Shown here: positions 46,252 to 55,796 of the stretch, one piece after another | Layout: every line of letters begins with the position of its first letter | How positions within the stretch are numbered: position 1 is the first letter of the stretch | Assembly (NCBI GenBank): GCA_964419675.1 | Contig: CAYQPN010000001.1 | Location: 100,480-164,479, forward strand | Direction: 5' to 3' | Length of the DNA: 64,000 nt | Origin: an uncultured Candidatus Saccharibacteria bacterium | GTDB lineage: Bacteria > Patescibacteriota > Saccharimonadia > Saccharimonadales > SZUA-47 | The notes under the pieces: generated by a model | The model's database searches: none | The model's input: only the letters and a program-made list of their open reading frames with translations | Told to the model about the DNA's origin: nothing | Position numbers and translations under genes: made by a program

Positions 46252-47235
46252 ATGCCAGAAGCTAATGCCAAGTCTTTAACATCGGTTCACGATGTAATTA
46301 TGATTGGTGCTGGGCCAACAAGCTTGGCTGCAGCAATTTATACTTCGAGAGAAGATATAGAGACGCTTATCTTTGAAAAGGGCGTTATTGGTGGTTTAGC
46401 TGCTATAACCGACATGATTGACAACTATCCAGGCTTTGAAGAAGGCGTAGAGGGTTTAGCCTTGGCCGATAAGCTTCAGAAACAAGCCGAACGCTTTGGT
46501 GCTGTCATTGAACTTGGAGAGGTGCAATCAGTAAGCAAAAAGGGTGAACTTTTCAGCCTACTAACAACAAGCGGAGAAATGAAGGCCAAAACGGTGCTCA
46601 TTGGTACTGGCTCTGAATGGAAAAAGATTGGTGTACCAGGAGAAGATGAATTTTATGGGCGCGGAGTGCATAACTGTGCAACCTGTGATGGAGCATTTTA
46701 TAGAGATAAAAAGTTAGTAGTTGTCGGTGGCGGTAATTCCAGCGCGCAAGAAGCTTTATTTTTAACAAAATTTGCAAGCCATATCGACATATTGATACGA
46801 GGGGACAAATGGAAAGCTAGTGAAGTGTTAATCCATGAGATTGAAAAGAATGACAAAATAACAGTTCATTTTAAAACAACTACTGATGAGATTGTAGGAA
46901 GTGAAGTTGATGGGATAAAAAAGGTCACCAAAGTTATTGGGACAAAAGACGGGGTTAAAACAGATTTTATCACGGATGGGGTATTTGTATTTATTGGTCT
47001 GCGACCAGTTACTGGATTTTTGAAAGATACAGGAGTTGAGTTTGATGATTTTGGTTTTGTTAGGACAGACAATAAATTAATGACGAACATCCCTGGGCTA
47101 TTCTGTGCTGGAGATGTACGTTCTGGGGCTACAATGCAGATTGCTAGTGCAGTTGGAGAAGGTGCATCTGCAGCATTATCGATAAGAGAATATCTAGAAA
47201 ACTACGACCGCAAAAACATGCCTAACGGGAACTAG
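46252..47235 (+). CDS. trxB: Thioredoxin-disulfide reductase
   Basis: FAD GxGxxA motif, redox-active CATC (…HNCATCDGAF…), and NADPH-binding VVGGGNSS. Confidence 0.85.
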   Translation: MPEANAKSLTSVHDVIMIGAGPTSLAAAIYTSREDIETLIFEKGVIGGLAAITDMIDNYPGFEEGVEGLALADKLQKQAERFGAVIELGEVQSVSKKGELFSLLTTSGEMKAKTVLIGTGSEWKKIGVPGEDEFYGRGVHNCATCDGAFYRDKKLVVVGGGNSSAQEALFLTKFASHIDILIRGDKWKASEVLIHEIEKNDKITVHFKTTTDEIVGSEVDGIKKVTKVIGTKDGVKTDFITDGVFVFIGLRPVTGFLKDTGVEFDDFGFVRTDNKLMTNIPGLFCAGDVRSGATMQIASAVGEGASAALSIREYLENYDRKNMPNGN

Positions 47236-47274
47236 TATTGACAATCTAATAAAAACGTGATATCATAACTTAAT

Positions 47275-47910
47275 ATGTTAGATGTAGTTCAAAATGTGGG
47301 GGCTGGTTTGCAAACACTTCATACGCCTTCACGCCCTTACACTGATGAAGAATATAATAGAAGTACCGGAGAAAGCCTTGTTGACAGAGACGCCTCCACA
47401 TTAATAGAAGTGTATAAAAGTCTAGGAGAGGGCTGTGTTGGGCTAGCATTACCTCAAATTGGCATACATCGTCAAATGTTTGTTGCTTTGTTTGGTTCCC
47501 CAGACTATGAAAGCGAAAATTTAGTTATAGTTACTAACCCTCAAATAACGGTTACGAGCAATGTTTTCTTAAAACTTTATGAAGCTTGCGCGTCTGTTAA
47601 TCATGGAAACTTACACAATGAGGTTGAATCTCCTATAGAGCTAGTTCTTAGTGGAAGGGACGTTTCTGGTGCTCCATACCAGGCTCAACTGGGTGTTTAT
47701 AATGCAAAAATTGCGATGCATGAATTTAATCATTTAGACGGGGGAATAATTTCAGATGATATAAATTTTGTAGGTTTGACGACCGAAGAAGTGGAAGCAG
47801 AATATAGTAGTAGAGTATCAGCAGACGAGGAATGGTATAAAAAAGAACCTTATCGAACAACATCTTCAGGGCTTGCTGTACCTTATACTTTGCTTTTAAG
47901 TACGGTTTAA
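47275..47910 (+). CDS. def: Peptide deformylase (divergent, N-terminally extended)
   Basis: Motif 1 GCVGLALPQIG, motif 2 YEACASV (EGCLS-like), motif 3 AMHEFNHLDGG (HEhDHlnG). Confidence 0.6.
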   Translation: MLDVVQNVGAGLQTLHTPSRPYTDEEYNRSTGESLVDRDASTLIEVYKSLGEGCVGLALPQIGIHRQMFVALFGSPDYESENLVIVTNPQITVTSNVFLKLYEACASVNHGNLHNEVESPIELVLSGRDVSGAPYQAQLGVYNAKIAMHEFNHLDGGIISDDINFVGLTTEEVEAEYSSRVSADEEWYKKEPYRTTSSGLAVPYTLLLSTV

Positions 47911-48506
47911 ACTCTATCCCGAAAAAGATTGGGGTAGTCGGTGAAAATGCCGTCAACACCCCAAGCTTCTAATTCTTCGGCTCGGTCACGGCTATTGACA
48001 GTGTATGCGTAAAGTTCATAACCGCGGTGCTTCATTGATTTTACAAACCCTGACCATAGCCACTGTTGATTAATATGAACTCTTCTTGTACCTAGCAGAG
48101 AGGCTTCAGCTACTGCTCTAACTCCAGACCATTTTTCCAAAACAGCAATCTTTGCTTTTGGCATCAATTTTTTTACAGCATTAAGAATTGCGTACTCTTG
48201 GCTTGAAAATAGAATCTTGCCACTATAGCCCTCAATTTCAGTTGGCAGATGCTTTACAACGGCTAGCTCTTTTATCTCTAAGTTTAATGGTATATTTTTG
48301 TCCATTGCTTCAAGCCCCTCTTGAAGAGTTGTATATATTTCGGTTTTAAGTGTTTGGTCATGAGCCAGCACTACTTTTTTATTGTGCATACGAACGTCCA
48401 GCTCAATCATGTCGGCACTACTGGCAAGCCCACGCTTGATAGCCTTGACGGTGTTTTCTGGCGCCAGTCCTCTTGCTCCGCGGTGTCCTATGATCTCCAT
48501 ATTCAT
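47907..48506 (-). CDS. Glycerophosphodiester phosphodiesterase
   Basis: …MEIIGHRGARGLAPENTVKAIKRGLASSADMIELDVRMHNKKVVLAHD…. Confidence 0.8.
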   Translation of the reverse strand: MNMEIIGHRGARGLAPENTVKAIKRGLASSADMIELDVRMHNKKVVLAHDQTLKTEIYTTLQEGLEAMDKNIPLNLEIKELAVVKHLPTEIEGYSGKILFSSQEYAILNAVKKLMPKAKIAVLEKWSGVRAVAEASLLGTRRVHINQQWLWSGFVKSMKHRGYELYAYTVNSRDRAEELEAWGVDGIFTDYPNLFRDRV

Positions 48507-48545
48507 TAGTATACAGCTAAAGCAAAGTACTTAATACGATTCTAC

Positions 48546-48579
48546 ACATATTATACGCTATAGCGTATAATATGTGTAT
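48546..48579. promoter_or_regulatory. Perfect 34-bp palindrome, copy 2 (37 nt identical to 151..187), in the divergent intergenic region between the GDPD gene and ppa; putative operator or bidirectional -10 region
   Basis: Exact duplicate seen in the sequence. TATAAT is present on both strands of the palindrome. The downstream gene starts are 48506 (-) and 48649 (+). Confidence 0.6.
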
Positions 48580-48648
48580 GTGATGACAGTGGATTACGCT
48601 TGAGTATTTGGTGTACAATTGTAGTAAATTCAAATAAAGGAGTAATTA

Positions 48649-49173
48649 GTGGACTATAATGCAATCTTAAAACCATATTCAGATGGCAAAACAATCAACA
48701 CGGTAATAGAAATTCCTAAAGGCACAACAAACAAAATTGAGTACGATAGGAAGCGTAAAATTATGGTTGTAGACAGAGTAGAACCAGCAATTTTTGCAAA
48801 GCCTGTTAATTACGGTTTTATTCCAGGAACATTAGACGAAGACGGTGATGAGCTTGATACCTTAGTTGTTACGGAAGAGCCGTTGCCAACAGGTGTGACG
48901 CTAGAAGCAACTGTCATTGGTGTATTGAATTTTGAAGACGACGGGGAAATGGACCATAAAGTTATATGCGTGCCAGCTGATGATCGTCACACGGGTAACA
49001 GAGTTAAAGCACTTGACGATTTGGGTGATCAATGGAAAAAACAGATAGAACATCATTTTAGTCATTACAAAGATTTAAAAAAACCGGGTAGCACCAAAGT
49101 TTTGGGTTTTGGGGACGCAAATAATGCACATGAAGTAATCGCCGAATGCATCAAACGCTGGAGCAATGAGTAA
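48649..49173 (+). CDS. ppa: Inorganic pyrophosphatase
   Basis: …IEIPKGTTNKIEYD…VDRV…YGFIPGTLDEDGDELDTLVV…. Confidence 0.9.
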   Translation: MDYNAILKPYSDGKTINTVIEIPKGTTNKIEYDRKRKIMVVDRVEPAIFAKPVNYGFIPGTLDEDGDELDTLVVTEEPLPTGVTLEATVIGVLNFEDDGEMDHKVICVPADDRHTGNRVKALDDLGDQWKKQIEHHFSHYKDLKKPGSTKVLGFGDANNAHEVIAECIKRWSNE

Positions 49174-49600
49174 TATCTTTTATTCGTCGGGCGGGGTAGT
49201 TATTGGTCCTGGGAATAAGATTTTAGTTGTAAATCAACATGGTAATTCCTGGTCTCTGCCTAAAGGACATTTAGAAAATGGTGAAGACGAAGAACAGGCT
49301 GCTCAACGCGAGATTTTTGAAGAAAGTGGCATTCAAGAGGTAAGAATAATTGAAAAGCTTGGCGAATACGAACGTGGACGCATTGGGCCTGACGCCAAAG
49401 GTGAAGATTTGACCCACATGAAACACATCACAATTTTTTTATGTATTACGAACCAGACTGAGCTGAGCCCGATTGACCCAGAAAACCCCGAAGCCGAATG
49501 GTTGCCAATCCAGGATGTTGCAGACAGGTTGACGAATCAAAAGGACAAAGAGTTTTTCAACTCTGTTTTACCGAAGATATTAAAATACCTTGCTAGTTAA
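49166..49600 (+). CDS. NUDIX hydrolase
   Basis: Nudix box: GHLENGEDEEQAAQREIFEESGI. Confidence 0.8.
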   Translation: MSNIFYSSGGVVIGPGNKILVVNQHGNSWSLPKGHLENGEDEEQAAQREIFEESGIQEVRIIEKLGEYERGRIGPDAKGEDLTHMKHITIFLCITNQTELSPIDPENPEAEWLPIQDVADRLTNQKDKEFFNSVLPKILKYLAS

Positions 49601-49648
49601 ACCATTTGCGCGATACAATGTAGCTAAAGATTGGGAGGGATTTAATAT

Positions 49649-50659
49649 ATGAAAACTAGAGTAGCGATAAACGGATTTGGACGAATTGGACGAATGAGTT
49701 TCCGAATAATGGCGGAGCGAAAAGATATTGAAGTTGTTGGTATTAACGATTTAACAGATACAAAAACTCTTGCACATCTTCTCAGACATGATACAAATTA
49801 TGGAAATTTTACGCACAAAGTAGATTCAAAAGAAGGTTTTATTGTTGTTGACGGGGTAAGTATTCCGGTAAGTGCCGAAAAAGACCCTGCAATGCTACCT
49901 TGGGGGAAGTTAAACGTTGATGTGGTAGTAGAATCTACTGGGCGTTTTGTAACTACAGAAGCTGCCAGCGCGCATTTGAAGGCTGGTGCAAAAAAAGTCG
50001 TGCTGTCCGCTCCGGCTAAAGATGACGAAACAAAAACGCTGGTAATAGGTGCAAATGAAGACGAGCTTGAAAATGCAGGTGACGTCATAAGCAATGCAAG
50101 CTGTACAACCAACAGTATTGCTGCAGTGATGGATATTATGGAGATGGAGTATGGCATCGAAAAAGCAATGCTAACGACAGTGCATAGCTATACTGCTTCT
50201 CAAGATTTGCAAGATGGACCTGGTAAAGATTTACGAGAGGCTCGTGCGGCAGCTGAGAACATAGTTCCAACTACCACCGGTGCCGCTAAAGCTGTTGGCT
50301 TGACTGTACCGAGTCTTAAAGGAAAGTTTGATGGACTAAGTGTGCGTGTGCCGACGAGTGTCGTATCGCTGTCCGACGTAACAATGCTTTTGAAAAAAGA
50401 TGTTACAAAAGAAGAAATCAATGAAATGTTCACAAAAAAAGTAGCAGAACCTTACTATCAAGGAATTTTGGCAGTAAGCGATGAACCGTTAGTCAGTTCC
50501 GACTATATTGGTAATAGTAATTCGGGCACAATAGACTTGCTTTTGACAAATGTTGTAGGCGGAAATATGGCAAAAGTTGTTGTTTGGTATGACAATGAAT
50601 GGGGATATTCCAACAGGTTAGTTGAGATGGTTGCAGACGTTGGTAAAACTCTTGCTTAG
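49649..50659 (+). CDS. gap: Glyceraldehyde-3-phosphate dehydrogenase
   Basis: INGFGRIGR; catalytic SNASCTTN. Confidence 0.9.
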   Translation: MKTRVAINGFGRIGRMSFRIMAERKDIEVVGINDLTDTKTLAHLLRHDTNYGNFTHKVDSKEGFIVVDGVSIPVSAEKDPAMLPWGKLNVDVVVESTGRFVTTEAASAHLKAGAKKVVLSAPAKDDETKTLVIGANEDELENAGDVISNASCTTNSIAAVMDIMEMEYGIEKAMLTTVHSYTASQDLQDGPGKDLREARAAAENIVPTTTGAAKAVGLTVPSLKGKFDGLSVRVPTSVVSLSDVTMLLKKDVTKEEINEMFTKKVAEPYYQGILAVSDEPLVSSDYIGNSNSGTIDLLLTNVVGGNMAKVVVWYDNEWGYSNRLVEMVADVGKTLA

Positions 50660-50703
50660 ACTTTATGCTAAGATAAAAATAACTAAGCAGGAATTCTAAA
50701 AAA

Positions 50704-51153
50704 TTGAAAGTCTATATTACATCAGATCACGGGGGATTCGAGTTAAAATCGAGCTTATATCATGCTTTAATTGAGCACGGATATGAAGTCGAAGACCTTG
50801 GTCCTTATGAAGTTAGCCCTGATGATGACTATCCAGTATTTGCAAAACGACTAGCCGTAAAGCTTATCGAAGCAGGTCTTGAAGAAAACAGAGGGATTAT
50901 AGCATGTCGAAGTGCCGAGGGCGTTTCAATTACAGCTAATAGATTTAACGGCATAAGAGCGGCTGTTGTATGGAATGAAACTGTTGCAAAGCACTCCAGA
51001 GAGCACAATAATAGCAATGTACTCTGTTTGTCCGGGGATTATGTAGACACAGACGAAAACTTAAAAATAGCTCTTGCTTGGCTTAATGAACCGTTTAGTA
51101 ACGAGCAAAGGCACAAGCGCAGGATAGACATGATAGATGAGGATATATTGTAG
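50704..51153 (+). CDS. rpiB: Ribose-5-phosphate isomerase B (RpiB/LacAB family)
   Basis: TTG start: (M)KVYITSDHGGFELK…GIIACRSAEGVSITANR…. Confidence 0.85.
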   Translation: MKVYITSDHGGFELKSSLYHALIEHGYEVEDLGPYEVSPDDDYPVFAKRLAVKLIEAGLEENRGIIACRSAEGVSITANRFNGIRAAVVWNETVAKHSREHNNSNVLCLSGDYVDTDENLKIALAWLNEPFSNEQRHKRRIDMIDEDIL

Positions 51154-51788
51154 TGGTAGTAGCGATAGCACCGACGATTACTACAGATGATCCACATGAA
51201 TACAGAGAACAGATGGAGTTGATTGCTTCGTATGCTGAAGGAGTCCATTTAGATTTTTCAGACGGTGAATTCTCACAAGCAAAATTATTGCCCCTAGACC
51301 AAGCCTGGAGAAGTGATGATTTAATTACGCATGCCCATATCATGTATCAACAACCACTTGAGTTCATAGACGATATTGTTCACTTGGAAGCGGATTTAGT
51401 TATTTTGCATGCTGAATCAGATGATTTAAAGGAATGCTTAGAAATGTTGCAGAATATCGGTGTTAGAACGGGAATAGCAATATTGCCAGAAACTAGTGTA
51501 GCTGATTTGAAGGCCCTTGACATTGATGAATTATTTGACCATGTATTAGTGTTTGGTGGGCATCTGGGTTATCAGGACGGCAAGGCAGATTTATCACTGT
51601 TAAAGAAGGTACAAAAAATTCGAGATGAATATCCAGATGTTGAAATATCTTGGGACGGTGGCGTGAATGATAAAAATGCAAAAGAAATAGTATCTGCAGG
51701 AGTTTCGGTTCTAAACGTAGGCGGGTATTTTAAAAATTCAGAAGAGCCTAAAAAAGCTTACGCTACTCTCACTTCTCTGGTATCATAA
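51153..51788 (+). CDS. TIM-barrel sugar-phosphate enzyme, ribulose-phosphate 3-epimerase-like (divergent)
   Basis: 211 aa: …VHLDFSDGEF…VFGGHLGYQDG…ISWDGGVN…VLNVGGYF. Its position between rpiB and tkt supports Rpe, but the motifs are atypical. Confidence 0.5.
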   Translation: MVVAIAPTITTDDPHEYREQMELIASYAEGVHLDFSDGEFSQAKLLPLDQAWRSDDLITHAHIMYQQPLEFIDDIVHLEADLVILHAESDDLKECLEMLQNIGVRTGIAILPETSVADLKALDIDELFDHVLVFGGHLGYQDGKADLSLLKKVQKIRDEYPDVEISWDGGVNDKNAKEIVSAGVSVLNVGGYFKNSEEPKKAYATLTSLVS

Positions 51789-51793
51789 GCTTA

Positions 51794-52696
51794 ATGGCTA
51801 ATTATACCGCTAAGAAAAAAAATCTTGTTGAACTTGAGCTAATTGCTAATGATATTCGCCAAGACATTATAAAAAGTTTGGAGCAAGCCGGTAGTGGGCA
51901 CAGCGCGGGGCCTTTGGGGCTAGCTGATATATTTACAGCACTATATTTTGATATTTTAAAGCATGATCCATCAGATCCTGACTGGGATCAACGCGATATA
52001 TTACTCTTAAGTAACGGTCACTGCGTACCGGTTCAGTACGCAGCCATGGCCAGCGCAGGATATTTTGACAGAAAAGAACTGTTGACGCTCAGAAAATTCG
52101 GCAGTCGTCTGCAAGGACACCCAGAAAGAGATATGCTTCCAGGCCTAGAAAATACTAGCGGTCCCCTAGGAAGCGGGCTAAGTCAGGGCGCGGGAATTGC
52201 GCTTGCTATGCAAATGGACAAAATATCTCACAGATGGGTTTACGTTGTTACCGGAGACGGTGAGTTAAATGAAGGTAATAACTGGGAGGCAATCATGTTT
52301 GCTGCAAAGTATAGGTTGCATAACATGATAGCAATTGTCGACAGGAATAATATTCAAATAGACGGAACCACTGAACACGTGATGCCTTTAGAGGATTTAA
52401 GGGCTAAGTGGGAGTCTTTTGGATGGCACGTTATAGAAATTGACGGCAACGATATCGAAGCTGTTATAGATGCCTGTGCAATGGCTAGGGCTATTGTTGA
52501 AAAGCCAATTGTGATTATTGCTCATACAATTCCAGGTAAAGACGTAGATTATATGGAATATGATTATCATTGGCACGGTATCCCCGTTGGGCTAGCTGAC
52601 GTAGCAGGAGCACCGCCTAAAAACGAACAAGCCGAGGTAGCACTTAAAGAGTTGCGCACATTACGGGGCAAGATTAAGAATGAAGGAGGTCATTAA
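51794..52696 (+). CDS. Transketolase, N-terminal (TPP-binding) subunit of a split enzyme
   Basis: …GSGHSAGPLGLADIFTALYF…VTGDGELNEGNNWEA…. Confidence 0.85.
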   Translation: MANYTAKKKNLVELELIANDIRQDIIKSLEQAGSGHSAGPLGLADIFTALYFDILKHDPSDPDWDQRDILLLSNGHCVPVQYAAMASAGYFDRKELLTLRKFGSRLQGHPERDMLPGLENTSGPLGSGLSQGAGIALAMQMDKISHRWVYVVTGDGELNEGNNWEAIMFAAKYRLHNMIAIVDRNNIQIDGTTEHVMPLEDLRAKWESFGWHVIEIDGNDIEAVIDACAMARAIVEKPIVIIAHTIPGKDVDYMEYDYHWHGIPVGLADVAGAPPKNEQAEVALKELRTLRGKIKNEGGH

Positions 52697-53666
52697 AATG
52701 CAGACCCTTCATTTACTAGACATGAAAAATTGGGGGAGTGAGCCGATTCGCAAAGGGTTTGGTAAGGGGCTTGTTATGGCAGGAGAACTAAATGATAAAG
52801 TTGTTGCTCTGTGCGCAGATTTGACTGGATCTACGCAGATAGAGCCATTCGCCGTAGCGTTTCCTGAAAGATTTGTTGAAGTTGGCGTTGCTGAACAAAA
52901 CTTGGTAACTGTTGCTAGCGGGATGGCTAAGATGGGTAAAATTCCTTTTACAGCAAGTTACGCGGCATTTAGCCCCGGAAGAAATTGGGAACAAATTAGA
53001 ACCACAATCTGTCTAAATAACCAGAATGTGAAGATCGTCGGTGCCCACGCGGGCTTATACACCGGTGCAGATGGAGCCACTCATCAGGCCCTAGAGGATG
53101 TTGCTTTAATGCGAGTCTTGCCTAATATGGTAGTTATTGTGCCCGGAGATTCTCTTGAAGCTGAAAAGGCAACAATTGCGATATCTCAAGACACCAGACC
53201 AACATACATCAGGTTAGCCAGAGAGAATACTCCGATAATGACTACAGATAAGACTCCATTTGAAATTGGGAAAGCTTATGTGTTTGAAGAGGGCCGTGAT
53301 ATCACAATTATTTCGAATGGTACAATGACCTGTCTTGCTCTTGAGGCTGCGGAAAAGCTTTTTACAGATGGGATTGACGTTGAAGTGGTTCACTGCCCGT
53401 CAGTAAAGCCTCTAGATAACGCAACAATACTGACTAGTGCAAAAAAAACTAAACACGTTATTACAATTGAAGAAGGTCAAATTAACGGCGGGCTAGGCGG
53501 AGCCGTCGCCGAACTATTAGGCGAGAACTTACCTACTCCTATGATTAGAATGGGTGTCAATGATCAGTTCGGTCAAAGTGGTACCCCCGAAGAGCTGTTA
53601 AACCACTACGGTCTAACTGTGAAACATATTATGATGAACGCTCATAAGATTATTGAAGGCAAATAG
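52680..53666 (+). CDS. Transketolase, C-terminal (pyrimidine-binding) subunit
   Basis: …VEVGVAEQNLVTVASGMA…GADGATHQALEDVALMR…. It overlaps the N-terminal subunit gene by 17 nt. Confidence 0.85.
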   Translation: MKEVIKMQTLHLLDMKNWGSEPIRKGFGKGLVMAGELNDKVVALCADLTGSTQIEPFAVAFPERFVEVGVAEQNLVTVASGMAKMGKIPFTASYAAFSPGRNWEQIRTTICLNNQNVKIVGAHAGLYTGADGATHQALEDVALMRVLPNMVVIVPGDSLEAEKATIAISQDTRPTYIRLARENTPIMTTDKTPFEIGKAYVFEEGRDITIISNGTMTCLALEAAEKLFTDGIDVEVVHCPSVKPLDNATILTSAKKTKHVITIEEGQINGGLGGAVAELLGENLPTPMIRMGVNDQFGQSGTPEELLNHYGLTVKHIMMNAHKIIEGK

Positions 53667-53726
53667 TGTTTGCGGTCTTTAGCATAAGTAGTTACAATAT
53701 AACTTAATGAATGGTGGAAGTAATTA

Positions 53727-54665
53727 ATGCCTTTAACTTTAAGGCAAATTAGACAGAACTGTGTTGACGCTCGGGAGTTGATGGACAGAGCCCGTAATGA
53801 GAAATTTGCAGTTGGCGCATTTAATCTTGATAACCAAGAAACACTAATTGCAGTTTCTAAAGCTGCAAAAACCAAGAATTCACCGGTTCTGGTTGAAGTT
53901 AGCAAGGGCGAAGTTGACGCCATTGGCTTAGACAACTTGCGCGACATGGTAGAGAACTATAAACAAGAGTACGGTATTGAGATGTACATTAATCTAGACC
54001 ATTGCCCTAGCGTAGACGAGGCTCTGGCAGGGATAGAAGCAGGTTTTGAATTCATACATATAGATGTGTCCCAAGCTAATCATGAAGCCTCTGATGATGA
54101 AATCGCCGATGCCACCAGGCAAGTGGTTGAAGCAGCAAAGCTTACCGGTGCGCTGGTTGAGAGCGAACCTCATTATTTTGGTGGGGGGAGCAACGTTTTT
54201 GACAAAGCTTATGACCTTGAAGAAATTAAAAAAACTTTTAGCACACCAGATGGAGCAAGAGATTTTGTTGAAAAGACGGGCATAGATACCTTCGCAGCAG
54301 CCATCGGCAATTTGCACGGAAGCTATCCGATACCTAAGGTCCTTGATTTAGGCTTACTACAAGAGGTTCGGAACGCAATTAGTTGCAACATCAGTCTGCA
54401 CGGCGGTAGCGGAACACCCGGGCACTATTTTGAAGAAGCAGTGAAGATTGGGGTCCAAAAGATTAATATCAACAGTGACATGCGGCGAGCTTACAGGGAC
54501 ACACTAGAAAGAGTGTTGGCTGAAAATAAGACAGAATACGCCGTGGTTAAACTCATGAACGAAGTAATAGAGGCTGTTCAAACAGTAGTTGAAGCAAAGA
54601 TTGATTTATTTAATAGTGCCGGTAAGGCAAGAGTAGAAAGCCAAAAAGGAAGATATTATGAGTAA
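53727..54665 (+). CDS. fba: Class II fructose/ketose-bisphosphate aldolase
   Basis: …VGAFNLDNQE…INLDHCPS…IHIDVS…LHGGSGTP…. Confidence 0.8.
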   Translation: MPLTLRQIRQNCVDARELMDRARNEKFAVGAFNLDNQETLIAVSKAAKTKNSPVLVEVSKGEVDAIGLDNLRDMVENYKQEYGIEMYINLDHCPSVDEALAGIEAGFEFIHIDVSQANHEASDDEIADATRQVVEAAKLTGALVESEPHYFGGGSNVFDKAYDLEEIKKTFSTPDGARDFVEKTGIDTFAAAIGNLHGSYPIPKVLDLGLLQEVRNAISCNISLHGGSGTPGHYFEEAVKIGVQKININSDMRRAYRDTLERVLAENKTEYAVVKLMNEVIEAVQTVVEAKIDLFNSAGKARVESQKGRYYE

Positions 54666-55668
54666 CCACCCAAAATTAGACGTGTTAGCCATCGGAGATG
54701 TAGTCACAGACGCATTTATTAAACTTATAGATAAATATGAGTACATTGAGAAAACCGATAAAGGTCTTATTTTGAACGTACCGTTTGGTACTAAAATTCC
54801 ATATGATCATGCGCAGATTATCGAAGGAGTTGGGAATGCAGCAAATGCAGCAGTAGCCTTTGAAAGGTTGGGTTTGCAAAGTGGTTTAGTAAGTAACATA
54901 GGATCAGACCAGTGGGGCAGAGATATGGTGGCTGCGCTTCAAAAGAATGGTGTTGATACGCGTTTTGTACACGTAAACAAAGCTAAACAGAGCAACTACC
55001 ACTATGTACTTTGGTATAAAGAAGAACGAACAATCTTAATTAAGCACGAAGATTATGATTATGAATGGCCACGTTTTAGGCCTACAGATATACCAAAATG
55101 GGTATACTTTAGTTCTATATCTGAAAAGGCGCTTGATCATTATCATGACGAAGTGGCTGACTGGCTTGATGAGAATCCAGAAGTTAAACTAGCTTTTAAC
55201 CCCGGAACATTCCAAATGGAAGCAGGTTTAGAGAGGCTTCGTAAACTTTACGCCCGCAGTGAAGTTGTGGGCTTAAACAGGGAAGAAGCAGTGATGGTGT
55301 TCGGCGGAGAACTAGAAAATATAAATGACCTATTAGATAGAATGCATACAGCTGGAGTCAAGATTGCGCTTATCACTGATGGACCGGGTGGAGCATATGC
55401 ATCTGACGGTATTAAACGCTGGAGGATGCCGTTATATCCGGACCCAGCACCGCCTGTTGACCGTACGGGGGCTGGTGATAGCTTTGCTTCTACTTTTGTT
55501 GCGGCGCTAATGCACGGGGCCGATGTGCCTAGTGCGTTACTTTGGGCACCTATAAACTCAATGAACGTTGTTCAGCATGTTGGGGCGCAAGAAGGACTTC
55601 TAACACAAAATCAAATCGATTACTATTTGAGAAATGCACCTAGGGACTACCACCCGTCGGAGCTGTGA
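54658..55668 (+). CDS. PfkB-family carbohydrate kinase
   Basis: C-terminal DRTGAGDSFASTFVAAL signature, plus a GG dipeptide region near the N-terminus. Confidence 0.75.
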   Translation: MSNHPKLDVLAIGDVVTDAFIKLIDKYEYIEKTDKGLILNVPFGTKIPYDHAQIIEGVGNAANAAVAFERLGLQSGLVSNIGSDQWGRDMVAALQKNGVDTRFVHVNKAKQSNYHYVLWYKEERTILIKHEDYDYEWPRFRPTDIPKWVYFSSISEKALDHYHDEVADWLDENPEVKLAFNPGTFQMEAGLERLRKLYARSEVVGLNREEAVMVFGGELENINDLLDRMHTAGVKIALITDGPGGAYASDGIKRWRMPLYPDPAPPVDRTGAGDSFASTFVAALMHGADVPSALLWAPINSMNVVQHVGAQEGLLTQNQIDYYLRNAPRDYHPSEL

Positions 55669-55796
55669 AACTGGGTTACAGATTAGCACCTAGTACCTAA
55701 ATAAACATATCGAGAAATAATTTTTTAATAAAAGCAAGTGTTAATTGATTAAAATGTCTTGAATATGTTAATGTTAGGAAAGAGAAAAGGTGGGGA

